Source: an uncultured Alphaproteobacteria bacterium
GTDB taxonomy: Bacteria > Pseudomonadota > Alphaproteobacteria > HIMB59 > GCA-002718135
Assembly (NCBI GenBank): GCA_902530685.1
Contig: CACAAZ010000001.1
Span: 31,090 to 95,089 of the forward strand
Length of the DNA: 64,000 nucleotides
Reading direction: 5' to 3'
Made by a program: the position numbers and the translations under genes. Shown piece by piece: positions 20,118-30,140 of the stretch. The notes under the pieces are model-generated. The model made no database searches. It worked only from the letters and a program-made list of their open reading frames with translations, and had not been told where the DNA came from. Every line of letters starts with the position of its first letter. The stretch's first letter is position 1.

Positions 20118-21290
20118 TTAAATTAAATCAAGTGCATTATCTAATGCATTTTTTAAATCATTTATATCCTCAATACCAATAGAAAGTCTTATTAAGGTAT
20201 CTGATATTCCTAACTCTTCTCTAATTTTTTTATCAATAGATGCATGAGTCATAATTGCTGGGTGCTCAATTAAACTTTCAACGCCACCTAAGCTTTCAGC
20301 TAAAGTAAAGATTTCAATATTTTCAAGAAATTTTTTTGCAGAATTAATATCACCTTTTAAATCTATAGATAAAATACCTCCAAATCCTTTCATCTGTTTT
20401 TTTGCGACTTCATGATTTGGATCTGAATTTAAACCAGGATAAAAAACATTATTTACTTTATTATGTTTTGATAAGTAATTGGCAATTTCTAAAGCGTTAT
20501 TGTTATGCCTTTCCATTCTTACTGCAAGTGTTTTGATTGATCTTACTAACATGTAACAATCAAATGGACTTGGAACAGATCCTACTGCATTCTGAATGTA
20601 TTTAATTTTTTCTGCTAATTCAGGATTATCATTAATAATAAGAGCTCCTCCAATTATATCACTGTGACCACCTAGATATTTAGTTGAAGAATGAATTACG
20701 GCATCAGCTCCTTGATTTAGTGGTTGTTGATTATAGGGAGAAGCAAAAGTATTATCACATACAACTATTATATCTTGATTATTTATGCTTTTTCTTATTT
20801 TTTCAATATCAATTAACTTTAGTAGTGGGTTAGAAGGTGTTTCTACCCATATCATTTTTGTATTTTCTTTAATATGTCCTTGCCAATTATTATCTTTACT
20901 TAAGTCAGCATAAGTAATTTCAACATTTTGATTAACTGATTTAATTTTATCAAATATTCTTCTTGTTCCACCATATACATCGTCACTTGATAGAATAGAA
21001 TAATTACTACCAAGAGCATCTGACAGAGCAGATATTGCTGCCATTCCAGAACTAAAAGCAAAACCATATACACCATCCTCTATTTCGCATAATAATTTTT
21101 CTAGAACATCTCTTGTTGGATTTGCTGTTCTTGCATATTCATATTTAAAATCTCCAGGTGATTTTTGTTTAAATGTAGACGAAAGATGAATAGGAGGCAT
21201 AACTGCACCTGTAGCTTCATCTGCGCCATGGCCTGAGTGAATTACTTTTGAATTAAATTTTTTATCTTTTGTATTCATGTTTACAACCAA
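20118..21290 (-). CDS. Cys/Met-metabolism PLP enzyme, cystathionine gamma-lyase/beta-lyase-like
   Basis: YARTANPTR, SGMAAI and SSTKYLGGHSD (PLP lysine) motifs. Overlaps the upstream CBS-like gene by 10 nt. Confidence 0.8.
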   Translation of the reverse strand: MVVNMNTKDKKFNSKVIHSGHGADEATGAVMPPIHLSSTFKQKSPGDFKYEYARTANPTRDVLEKLLCEIEDGVYGFAFSSGMAAISALSDALGSNYSILSSDDVYGGTRRIFDKIKSVNQNVEITYADLSKDNNWQGHIKENTKMIWVETPSNPLLKLIDIEKIRKSINNQDIIVVCDNTFASPYNQQPLNQGADAVIHSSTKYLGGHSDIIGGALIINDNPELAEKIKYIQNAVGSVPSPFDCYMLVRSIKTLAVRMERHNNNALEIANYLSKHNKVNNVFYPGLNSDPNHEVAKKQMKGFGGILSIDLKGDINSAKKFLENIEIFTLAESLGGVESLIEHPAIMTHASIDKKIREELGISDTLIRLSIGIEDINDLKNALDNALDLI

Positions 21291-22282
21291 TCGGGAATTG
21301 GTAAATTTTTAGACTGCAAATATTCCTTATTAAACATTTTATCATAATATTTGTTTGCATCATCGCATAGTATAGTGACAATTTTTTTATTTGGACCTAA
21401 TTTTTTACCTAGTTTAATTGCACCACATATATTCACTCCTGAGCTTAAACCAAGAAATAAACCTTCTGTTTTTATTAATTTATATAACATTTTCATACAT
21501 TCTGAGTCTGTTACAAAAAATGATGAATCTACAATACAATTTTCTAGGTTTTTTGTTACCCTAGCTTGTCCTATACCTTCGGTTATTGATTCATCACCTT
21601 TTTTTTCAGGGTTTCCTTTAGTAAAATAATTATACATTGATGACCCCTGAGAGTCTGTACATGCAATATGAATATTTTTATTTAAATTCTTTAAACCTAC
21701 ACTTATTCCTGTTATTGTTCCGCCGGTACCAATTGCACAGGTGAAACCATCAACTGTTCCATTAGTTTGGTCAAATATTTCTTTTGCAGTAGTTTTTTCA
21801 TGGAATTTATAATTTGCAAGATTTTCAAATTGACCAGCCCAAAAAGTTTTTTTTCCAGTTTCTTTTTCCAATTTTTGAGCTAAATTTTCTGATACTCTTT
21901 GATAGTTTCCTGGATCTGAATATGGTTTTGCATCTACTAGATGAAGCTCCGCACCCATATTTCTTAATATATCTCTTTTTGATTCTACTGTAATATTTGG
22001 CATTACAACTTTGAGATTGTAATTTTTAGCATTACACACTAATGCTAACCCAATTCCTGTATTCCCAAATGTACCTTCAACAACTGTACCGCCTGGTTCT
22101 AGAAGTTTTTTTTCTTCAGCATCTAAAATGATTCCAAGTGCTGTTCTATCTTTTACTGAACCACCAGGATTCATGAATTCAGCTTTACCATAAATTTCAC
22201 AACCAGAGATTTCTGAAGGATATTTAAGTTTAATTAATGGTGTGTTGCCAATTAGATCAATAACATTACTTGTTATCATCAA
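21281..22282 (-). CDS. Cysteine synthase / cystathionine beta-synthase-like PLP enzyme (no CBS regulatory domains)
   Basis: NPGGSVKDR (PLP lysine), [15 protein letters not shown] motifs. Confidence 0.8.
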   Translation of the reverse strand: MMITSNVIDLIGNTPLIKLKYPSEISGCEIYGKAEFMNPGGSVKDRTALGIILDAEEKKLLEPGGTVVEGTFGNTGIGLALVCNAKNYNLKVVMPNITVESKRDILRNMGAELHLVDAKPYSDPGNYQRVSENLAQKLEKETGKKTFWAGQFENLANYKFHEKTTAKEIFDQTNGTVDGFTCAIGTGGTITGISVGLKNLNKNIHIACTDSQGSSMYNYFTKGNPEKKGDESITEGIGQARVTKNLENCIVDSSFFVTDSECMKMLYKLIKTEGLFLGLSSGVNICGAIKLGKKLGPNKKIVTILCDDANKYYDKMFNKEYLQSKNLPIPDWL

Positions 22283-22841
22283 TATCTCTTACACCATATG
22301 GATTAAATGATGTATCTTTATTAATATTTATATTTTTAACAGGGTTACCAACCATTGTAGCATAAGGAGGTACATCTTTTAATACAACAGTATTTGCTCC
22401 CACTCTTGCACAATTTCCAATCGTAATAGGACCTAAAATACTTGCACCACAGCCAATTATAACATTATCTTCTACAGTTGGATGTCTCTTAGTATTTCTT
22501 TGGTCGTTAGAATTTTCAGCAGGACTAATACCTCCAAGTGTAACACTATGATAAAGAGTTACATTATCACCAATTTCACTTGTTTCTCCAATTACTGTAC
22601 CCATTCCGTGATCTATAAATAGATTTTTACCAATTTTTGCAGCAGGATGAATTTCAATTCCTGTTAAAAATCGACTAAACTGCGAAATGATTCTTGCTAG
22701 AGTGTACAAGTTTAAGTTCCATAATTGGTTAGCTATCTTATGGAAAAATACTGATTTTACCCCAGGGTATGTAAGTATAATGCTGAGTTTACTCCTTGCA
22801 GCAGGATCCCTTTTAATAATAGACTCTAAATATTCAGACAT
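22266..22841 (-). CDS. cysE: Serine O-acetyltransferase
   Basis: RDPAA...YPG N-terminal SATase region ([20 protein letters not shown]), [11 protein letters not shown] and hexapeptide repeats. Confidence 0.85.
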   Translation of the reverse strand: MSEYLESIIKRDPAARSKLSIILTYPGVKSVFFHKIANQLWNLNLYTLARIISQFSRFLTGIEIHPAAKIGKNLFIDHGMGTVIGETSEIGDNVTLYHSVTLGGISPAENSNDQRNTKRHPTVEDNVIIGCGASILGPITIGNCARVGANTVVLKDVPPYATMVGNPVKNININKDTSFNPYGVRDIDDNK

Positions 22842-22927
22842 TTATTGAATATTTAGGTATGATAAATAATAATTCAATCTGGTTATTTAGTTCAAAAATC
22901 TTTAAATAATCTTAACATTCAAAAAAA

Positions 22928-23329
22928 ATGAGCACATTAGTTAAGGTATATTACGAAGATACTGATGCATCATCAAGGGTATATTATGCTAATTATTTGA
23001 AATATCTTGAGAGGGGTAGAAGTGATTTTTTATATAAACTAGGTTTTGATCATAAAAAACTATTAGAAAAGTTTAAATTTTATTTTGTCGTAAAGTCTTG
23101 TCTAATTGAATATATTAAACCAGCACATTTTGAAGATTCATTAGAAATAAGAACTAAAATTGTAGGTATTTCCAAAGCTAAAATTGAATTTAACCAATTT
23201 ATTTACAGAGAAAAAATTCTTTTAATAGATTCGAAAATTACAATAGTTTCTGTAAATACACAAGGAAAGATATATAAAATGCCTAATGAAATGCTAGAAA
23301 TTTTAAAAAAACAATTATCAAATAACTAA
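22928..23329 (+). CDS. YbgC/4HBT-family acyl-CoA thioesterase
   Basis: V.YEDTD..SRVYYANYLKYLERGRSDFL hot-dog thioesterase N-terminus. Confidence 0.75.
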   Translation: MSTLVKVYYEDTDASSRVYYANYLKYLERGRSDFLYKLGFDHKKLLEKFKFYFVVKSCLIEYIKPAHFEDSLEIRTKIVGISKAKIEFNQFIYREKILLIDSKITIVSVNTQGKIYKMPNEMLEILKKQLSNN

Positions 23330-23368
23330 TTTATTTTTTTTTAAATTTAAAATGTTAAAATAAAAAAT

Positions 23369-24205
23369 ATGGGTATCATTACTGATGTAATACTTCCGCT
23401 TTCTTTAGCCTTTATTATGTTCTCTCTTGGTCTGGGGCTTTCACTAAATGATTTTACAAGAGTTTTTTTTAAACCTAGGGATTTTTTGATTGGTCTGTTT
23501 TTTCAAATAATAGTGCTGCCAATTGTTGCAATTATTATTGTATTATTTTGGCCTCTAACTCCTGAATTGGCAATTGGCGTAATGATATTAGCAGCAGCAC
23601 CTGGTGGAGTTACTAGTAATGTTCTTACTTCTTATGCAAGGGGTAATATAGCGCTATCAATTTCATTAACTGCTATTAACAGTATTCTTTGCGTAATAAC
23701 AGTTCCTATAATTTTAATAATTTCATTATCGATATTAGGTTATGGAAGTTTAAATGAAGGACAATCTCTATTTAACGTAGCAATACAAATGTTTTTAATT
23801 GTAACAGTTCCAGTTATTTTGGGAGTCCTTTTAAGTAGTTTATTGTCATCTTTTGAAAAAATATCTAAAAATATTTCAATTGTTTTATTTGCATTAGTAT
23901 TACTTGGTGCAATCGTGTCTCAAAGAGAAAATGTCATCAGTTATTTTGCTCAAGCTGGTTTAGTAATGCTAATTCTTAATATTATAATGATGATTACAGT
24001 TTACTATTTATCAAAGCTTTTTAAAGCTAACAAAGAAACTTTTAGATGTTGGTTAATGGAAATAGGTCTTCAAAATGGAACTTTAGCTATAGTAGTAGCA
24101 AATACTTTTTTTGCAAGTACGGTCTATTTAATACCTGCAGCAATTTATAGCTTAATTATGTATGCAACTGCACTTCCACTTATTTACTTTTTAAGAAGAA
24201 ATTAA
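23369..24205 (+). CDS. Bile acid:sodium symporter (BASS) family transporter
   Basis: Polytopic membrane protein with an AAAPGGVTSN motif typical of BASS/SBF. Confidence 0.7.
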   Translation: MGIITDVILPLSLAFIMFSLGLGLSLNDFTRVFFKPRDFLIGLFFQIIVLPIVAIIIVLFWPLTPELAIGVMILAAAPGGVTSNVLTSYARGNIALSISLTAINSILCVITVPIILIISLSILGYGSLNEGQSLFNVAIQMFLIVTVPVILGVLLSSLLSSFEKISKNISIVLFALVLLGAIVSQRENVISYFAQAGLVMLILNIIMMITVYYLSKLFKANKETFRCWLMEIGLQNGTLAIVVANTFFASTVYLIPAAIYSLIMYATALPLIYFLRRN

Positions 24206-24985
24206 TACTGGAAAAGTATCACAATCAAGAATATCGTCATTTTTTAATATTACTTCAGGGAACGGTGGAGACATTTCACCTTTTCTTTTTATATATCTTG
24301 CATCATCGCCAGTTAATCTTAATGAAAAGGCTCTTCTGCTGTTTTTAGAATTATTACCATAAGCTGAGTGGATAGTAGCATAATTAAAAGCGATCGCATC
24401 ACCAACGTCGCATTCATAAGAAATAATTTCATACTTATCTCTATTATTTTCAATATCAGGAATTTTTTCAAATTCTTTATCCCTATGTTCATAATCATAA
24501 CCTTTAAATTTTGTTGGAAGAAATGTTCTATTCCATTTATGAGATCCTTTTATAAATTCCATAGAAGAATCTTTATTTATTTTATCTAATGGAATCCAAA
24601 AACTAACATTATCTTTACCATTTACACAATAATATCCTTGATCTTGATGCCAGGGAGTTCTTTTCCTTGATCCTTTTTCTTTTACTAAAACATGCTCATG
24701 AAATAAATTTACTTTTTTTGAGTTCATTAATGAAGCTGCAATTTGAGATATATCTGAGTTAAAAATAAAAGATCTGTATTCATTTATTCTTTTCCAATTA
24801 CAATAATCATCGTAGAAAACTTCTTCTCCATCGAGCTCCTCGTAAACACATTTATATTTACTTGGATGTTTAAAATTGTATTCTACTCCTTTTTGAAGTT
24901 CTGATATCCAACGCCGCTCAACTAGTTGTTTTAAAAGAACCACTCCATTTTCAAGAAATTCATTTCTTAGCTTATCATCAATCAT
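24191..24985 (-). CDS. Phytanoyl-CoA dioxygenase (PhyH) family Fe(II)/2OG oxygenase
   Basis: WHQDQGY (H.D), distal H (TIHSAYGN) and R..SLR tail as in the PhyH family. Confidence 0.7.
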   Translation of the reverse strand: MIDDKLRNEFLENGVVLLKQLVERRWISELQKGVEYNFKHPSKYKCVYEELDGEEVFYDDYCNWKRINEYRSFIFNSDISQIAASLMNSKKVNLFHEHVLVKEKGSRKRTPWHQDQGYYCVNGKDNVSFWIPLDKINKDSSMEFIKGSHKWNRTFLPTKFKGYDYEHRDKEFEKIPDIENNRDKYEIISYECDVGDAIAFNYATIHSAYGNNSKNSRRAFSLRLTGDDARYIKRKGEMSPPFPEVILKNDDILDCDTFPVLISS

Positions 24986-25747
24986 TTAATTTTTGATTTT
25001 GTAACCTTTTATGAATGTATATGAAATAAAAAATATACATCCAATTAAAATTGTAAAAATTGTTATAATACTTGTTAGTAGTGAAACATCTGACACTTCG
25101 TAGAAACTATATCTAAAACCACTTATTAAATATAAAACAGGATTAAGAAGTGAAATATTTTGCCAGAACTCTGGAAGCATTGTTATTGAGTAGAAAGATC
25201 CACCAAGGAAAGTGAGAGGAGTGATAACTAAAATTGGAATTATTTGTAAACCTTCAAAACCATCGGCATAGAGACCAACAATAAAACCAAAAAGAGAAAA
25301 TGTAATTGATGTTAATATTAAAAAGAAAATCATTAAAATGGGGTGTTGAATTTCAATATCTACAAAAAATCCTGCAGTAATTATAATAATTAAACCAATA
25401 ATTATTGATTTTATAGCTGCTGCACCTACGAAACCTAATATAATTTCAAATGATGAAAGTGGAGCAGCATGTATCTCATATATTGTTGAGGTAAATTTTT
25501 GAAAGTATATTGCAAAAGATGCATTGGATAATGCTTGAGTTAAAATTGTTAACATTATCATACCTGGAACAATGTATGATCCATAATTAATACCATCGAT
25601 TTCTTTAATTCTAGAACCTATAGCTGTTCCAAATACTATAAAATATAAGGATGTTGTAATTATTGGTGATGCAAGACTTTGTAGAAGAGTTCTTTTAAAA
25701 CGATCTAATTCATGAATTAAAATTGCTATTACACCAAAATAATTCAT
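24986..25747 (-). CDS. ABC-2 type transporter permease
   Basis: Six TM segments with ABC-2 topology. Overlaps the ATPase gene by 4 nt. Confidence 0.8.
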   Translation of the reverse strand: MNYFGVIAILIHELDRFKRTLLQSLASPIITTSLYFIVFGTAIGSRIKEIDGINYGSYIVPGMIMLTILTQALSNASFAIYFQKFTSTIYEIHAAPLSSFEIILGFVGAAAIKSIIIGLIIIITAGFFVDIEIQHPILMIFFLILTSITFSLFGFIVGLYADGFEGLQIIPILVITPLTFLGGSFYSITMLPEFWQNISLLNPVLYLISGFRYSFYEVSDVSLLTSIITIFTILIGCIFFISYTFIKGYKIKN

Positions 25748-26673
25748 GATTTTTTATCTTCCTTAATTAACTTTATAAATATTTCTTCCAAAGAACTTTG
25801 TTCAGTAATAAAATCTTTTATTTGATATCCATTATTTTCTATTTCATTCAACATTTTCGTTAGATTAATATTATCTTCTTTAATATTATATTTAAAAGTT
25901 AAAATATTTTTATGTACTACAAGGTTATATTTCTTCTTTAAATTTTCATTAAAGTTTATTTCTTCATTTTTTAATTCAATTTTAATAGATTTTTCGCCTA
26001 ACTTTTTTATTAATTTATCAGTTTCATCAACAAGAATTATTTTTCCATCATTAATTATTGCTACCCTAGAACTTAATTCTTCAGCTTCTTCAATATAATG
26101 CGTCGTCAAAACTATCGTAGTGCCGTTTTTATTTAATTTTCTTACAATGTCCCATGTTTCTTTTCTAAGTTCAACGTCTATACTTGCAGTAGGTTCATCT
26201 AAAAACAGAAGTCTTGGCTGATGAGATAGTGCTTTCGCAATAAGAACTCTTCTTTTCATACCTCCAGAGAGTTCTTTAATTTTACTATCTTTTTTATCCC
26301 ACAAAGATAACATTTTTAATAGATCTTCAACATACTTATGATTTTTCGGTTTCCCAAAAAGTCCTCTTGAATAATTAATATTTTTCCATACTGTTTCAAA
26401 AGATTCCAAATATAATTCTTGAGGTACAATACCCGTTATTTGTCTAGCCTTTCTGTATTCTTTAATATTATCATACCCATTTATTTTAATCGTTCCTGAG
26501 TTAAAATTAACAATTCCACATATAGAATTGATTAATGTGGATTTACCTGCACCATTAGGTCCTAGTAATGAAAAAATTTCACCTTCTTTAATATTTAAAT
26601 TAATATTATCTAATGCCTTTATAGAATTTCTATAACTTTTATTAACGTCATTTATTTCTAAAATATTTTTCAT
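25744..26673 (-). CDS. ABC transporter ATP-binding protein
   Basis: Walker A GPNGAGKST, signature LSGGMKRR, Walker B LLFLDEPT. Confidence 0.9.
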   Translation of the reverse strand: MKNILEINDVNKSYRNSIKALDNINLNIKEGEIFSLLGPNGAGKSTLINSICGIVNFNSGTIKINGYDNIKEYRKARQITGIVPQELYLESFETVWKNINYSRGLFGKPKNHKYVEDLLKMLSLWDKKDSKIKELSGGMKRRVLIAKALSHQPRLLFLDEPTASIDVELRKETWDIVRKLNKNGTTIVLTTHYIEEAEELSSRVAIINDGKIILVDETDKLIKKLGEKSIKIELKNEEINFNENLKKKYNLVVHKNILTFKYNIKEDNINLTKMLNEIENNGYQIKDFITEQSSLEEIFIKLIKEDKKS

Positions 26674-26678
26674 TTAAA

Positions 26679-27860
26679 TTAAAAGTTTTTAATGATTTCA
26701 GGAATATTTTGCTTAAACTTGAAATAACCTTTTTTTGAATAAATCCAACTATTAATATCATAATCTCTATTAAATTTTATAAAATTAATATTTGGATATT
26801 TTTTAATAATTTTTTTATAAATTTTTTTCCAATTACCTTGAGTAACGTATGGTAGATGAATTGTTTTAATATTATTTTTAATTATCCATTTATTTAAATC
26901 TTCATAATAGTTGTTAAAACTTGTTGTAATTTCAGTGTTTTGATAAAAAATATCATCTTTGTAACAAGATAAAACCAAGTTCTTAATGTGATCTAGTATT
27001 TTATTACTAAAATTATGATCATTGTAATCTTCTTTAGGATAGCCACCAAATGCATTACATTTATTTAAATTCAAATCTTTTAGAATATTTATTTCATCAG
27101 TTGGAATAATTATGTAATTAATATCATTTGGATTGGAAATTTCAAAAGTTTCTAATTCAGTAATATTGTAATCTTTATTTTCAAATAATGGTTCAGCAGT
27201 TTCATTCAAATGCTCGTTATCTTTTAGTTTTATATTACTATATTTCTCTATATTTTCTTTTCTGGCTATATAATTCTTACCTTTTGTTTGAATTCCAGCA
27301 CACCACCGCCAACTAAGTAAGTTAGATGCTGTATCTCCATCTAGTAGATTCTGCATAAAAAAATCAGCACCAAGTTGCCATGGAAGCTTTAATGTAAAAA
27401 TCCAAATTGATGAGAACCACATTCTAATGTGATTGTGAAGATAGCCATTATTTTTCAAATCATTCACCCAATTATTGAAAAAGGATAAATTTGTATTTGA
27501 ATTAATAGTATTTAAATAATATTTTTTATTTTTAAATTCGTCATAAAGATTATTTTTTTTAATTATATAATCTGTATAAACATCTGGTCTATGTTCTAGC
27601 CAACCTTTCCAATAAGTCCTCCAAAATATTTCTTGGATATATTTTTCTGCTTTATGTGAGCCATGTGTTTCTAAAACTTGTTTTAAAATATTTTCTTCTG
27701 AAATAGCCCTATACCTAATATATGGAGATAGTAGGGATGTTGTATTTTTATTTGTTTCAAAATCAACAGAATAATTTCTCTTTTTCTCATAATAGCTACC
27801 TGTTTTTGGTAAATAAGAAATAAGTTTATTTTCAGCTTCGCTGATACTTGAAGTGAACAT
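26679..27860 (-). CDS. Cryptochrome/photolyase-family FAD-domain protein with atypical domain order
   Basis: Photolyase FAD-binding-domain motifs occur in the first ~200 aa (TSLLSPYIRYRAIS, EIFWRTYW, GYLHNHIRMWFSSIW, LLDGDTASNLLSWRW). About 190 further residues follow C-terminally. Confidence 0.65.
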   Translation of the reverse strand: MFTSSISEAENKLISYLPKTGSYYEKKRNYSVDFETNKNTTSLLSPYIRYRAISEENILKQVLETHGSHKAEKYIQEIFWRTYWKGWLEHRPDVYTDYIIKKNNLYDEFKNKKYYLNTINSNTNLSFFNNWVNDLKNNGYLHNHIRMWFSSIWIFTLKLPWQLGADFFMQNLLDGDTASNLLSWRWCAGIQTKGKNYIARKENIEKYSNIKLKDNEHLNETAEPLFENKDYNITELETFEISNPNDINYIIIPTDEINILKDLNLNKCNAFGGYPKEDYNDHNFSNKILDHIKNLVLSCYKDDIFYQNTEITTSFNNYYEDLNKWIIKNNIKTIHLPYVTQGNWKKIYKKIIKKYPNINFIKFNRDYDINSWIYSKKGYFKFKQNIPEIIKNF

Positions 27861-27871
27861 TATAATAGTAT

Positions 27872-28258
27872 TTAATCGTCTAGTTTGTTTGTGGATTTTC
27901 TATTTAAGATTTCCATGTGTCGAACTCTAAGAACAACAATAGCTATAGCTAAAATTAAGATTGCTACTGATTCATAAACATAGGCTGACGGCTCGACATC
28001 TTTTCTTCCCATAATTATTAATCTTGCAAGAGCTGTCATGGCTATAAATAATGGATAACTCATCCTTATAACTTTAGAAACCCAATATTCCTTAATCATT
28101 CCAATGATTTCAATATAGATAAAAAGTAAAAGTATGTCTGCAAGTGTAACTTTAAGATTTATGACCATTGCTTGTATTTCCATTCCTATTGCAATAACAG
28201 TGCAGACAATAAGAATTGATAGAACAATTTTTTCTAAAATTTCAAAGTTATAATTCAT
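27872..28258 (-). CDS. PsiE-family membrane protein
   Basis: 128 aa with 4 TM segments. YIEIIGMIKEYW...YPLFIAMTALARLIIM parallels the E. coli PsiE core as I recall it. Confidence 0.6.
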   Translation of the reverse strand: MNYNFEILEKIVLSILIVCTVIAIGMEIQAMVINLKVTLADILLLFIYIEIIGMIKEYWVSKVIRMSYPLFIAMTALARLIIMGRKDVEPSAYVYESVAILILAIAIVVLRVRHMEILNRKSTNKLDD

Positions 28259-28621
28259 TTACAATCTTTCTAGTTTATTTAATTGATTCTTATTCTTATA
28301 AAATAGAAATAGTGCAAAAATTTCATATAAAAACCATGATAATTGATAAATAAGAGGTTTTCTTACTAAAAAAGCCAAAAAACGATATCTTGGTATTTCA
28401 GACCATAGTTCTATAAAAGCATCTACTCCTTGGTAAATTTTATTCTTTTTCTTAACATGCAATCTTCTGAGAAGTTTTTTTGCACTCATTTTTGTTTCTT
28501 TTTTTGCATTCTTATTAGTTGATATATCAACCCAATCTATATTTTTAGTAATTTTCTTATAATGGTCTATTTCAAACTTACATACTCTACAAGAATTATT
28601 AAAATAAACTCTACAGTTCAT
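28259..28621 (-). CDS. DCC-family thiol-disulfide oxidoreductase (DUF393)
   Basis: N-terminal C..C (NNSCRVCKFEIDHYKK), ~120 aa, hydrophobic tail. Confidence 0.7.
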   Translation of the reverse strand: MNCRVYFNNSCRVCKFEIDHYKKITKNIDWVDISTNKNAKKETKMSAKKLLRRLHVKKKNKIYQGVDAFIELWSEIPRYRFLAFLVRKPLIYQLSWFLYEIFALFLFYKNKNQLNKLERL

Positions 28622-28635
28622 ACATAGTAATTAAG

Positions 28636-29430
28636 TTAAATATATTCAAATTCAATTAATCCAAGTTTACCAAAATCAGCTTTAATTCTAGTTCCGGTAT
28701 TTAATCTATAAGCTTTTGTGCATGAACCTGATGAAATAAATTGATGTTTTAACATCGGTTCTCCTTTTTTACATAATGTGTTAATTAACCATAAAACTGC
28801 ATTTAAAGGATTATCAAGAACATTATTTGTATTACCTTTTTCTTGTAACTTATTATCAATAAAAAAAGAAACTTCAAAATTAGTTAAATCAATTTCATCA
28901 ATATTATATACTTTATCATTATATATCCAATAATCTGATGCGCCATTAGTAGAGATAAGATTAATTGCACCAATATCTGCTAATGGTTTTTGAAATCTGA
29001 AATCAACAATCTCAACTGAACATAATATTCCATCTAATAAGTTTTTAATATTATCCAATGAGTAGGGTGCCCTAGAAATATCTATATCGTCTTTTATTCT
29101 AAAACTTATTTCAGGCTCTGCATATGGCTCAAAAAAATATTTTGAATTTAATTTCTCTACATTTTGTGATGAATATTTACTATATAAATTACCATAAAAA
29201 GACTCAGTTACATTCATCTGAGCCTGTGCTGCTTTAGAGGTACATCCAATTTTTTTTCCAATACAAATATTATTTTTCAAACTTAGATAATAAATTTTTA
29301 GTTCATCTTGTATTTTATAAGCATCAATTAAATTTTTTGGTTCCAGGCCGTTAAGGTCATCTAATCCAGTTTTGTTTAGTTTATGATTAAATAAAATTTT
29401 AGATGCTTCTATTATTTGTTGTTTATTCAT
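28636..29430 (-). CDS. 2-keto-4-pentenoate hydratase / fumarylacetoacetate-hydrolase-fold enzyme
   Basis: MhpD-like length and layout (AY.IQ...., G.K.G.TS.A.Q, EPEI.F). Motif-level call only. Confidence 0.55.
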   Translation of the reverse strand: MNKQQIIEASKILFNHKLNKTGLDDLNGLEPKNLIDAYKIQDELKIYYLSLKNNICIGKKIGCTSKAAQAQMNVTESFYGNLYSKYSSQNVEKLNSKYFFEPYAEPEISFRIKDDIDISRAPYSLDNIKNLLDGILCSVEIVDFRFQKPLADIGAINLISTNGASDYWIYNDKVYNIDEIDLTNFEVSFFIDNKLQEKGNTNNVLDNPLNAVLWLINTLCKKGEPMLKHQFISSGSCTKAYRLNTGTRIKADFGKLGLIEFEYI

Positions 29431-29432
29431 TA

Positions 29433-30140
29433 TTATATTGAAAGTTTATTCATACTTTCATAAATACTAAGACTCTCTTCATAAATTTTTTTATATTCAT
29501 TTGGAACATTCATAATAGTATTTGTAGTTTGACTAAATTCGGTAGAATTTATTATATCATGATACCAATGAGAATGCCAAATTCCATAATCTTTTATTGT
29601 ACCTTTGGGCCATTTCATCATTTTCGTCGAAAAATCTATATTTAAATTCATACATAATTTTTTAATATATATTTCTGGATTTTCTAATAATGTGTCAGCA
29701 TTAACTATAACTATATTTTTTGATATATTTTGTTTTACATAATTGAAAAGTCTAAACATCTGATCAAAACCAATATCAGTTATACTATAAAGTTTATTCT
29801 TTTTTATGTATGAATTAATAACTTTTGATGGATGCCTAATTAGAAAACAATTTGTCCCTTTTTCCATCCATTCAATGTTTGTTTTATCTAAAATATGATG
29901 TGTCATGTGTTTTTGATAATAAATACCTTTTTTATCATTCAATATTGTTTCAATAACCTCTTTTTCTTTAGTGGGATAAAAATCTATTATTTCATCTCTC
30001 ATTGGATGATTAAGTCCAGTTTCTTTTAAATAGTATGAATAAAAAGGTTCGTCATATACAAATGTATCATCTCTATTACTAAATGAGCGTAATAAAGCTG
30101 TTGAAATATTACGAGGCCCAGACCACATAAATATTCTCAT
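29433..30140 (-). CDS. Sulfotransferase-like P-loop protein
   Basis: N-terminus MWSGPRNISTALLRSF..R.DT.V.DEPFY resembles a conserved marine/cyanobacterial sulfotransferase-like family. Weak call. Confidence 0.45.
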   Translation of the reverse strand: MRIFMWSGPRNISTALLRSFSNRDDTFVYDEPFYSYYLKETGLNHPMRDEIIDFYPTKEKEVIETILNDKKGIYYQKHMTHHILDKTNIEWMEKGTNCFLIRHPSKVINSYIKKNKLYSITDIGFDQMFRLFNYVKQNISKNIVIVNADTLLENPEIYIKKLCMNLNIDFSTKMMKWPKGTIKDYGIWHSHWYHDIINSTEFSQTTNTIMNVPNEYKKIYEESLSIYESMNKLSI

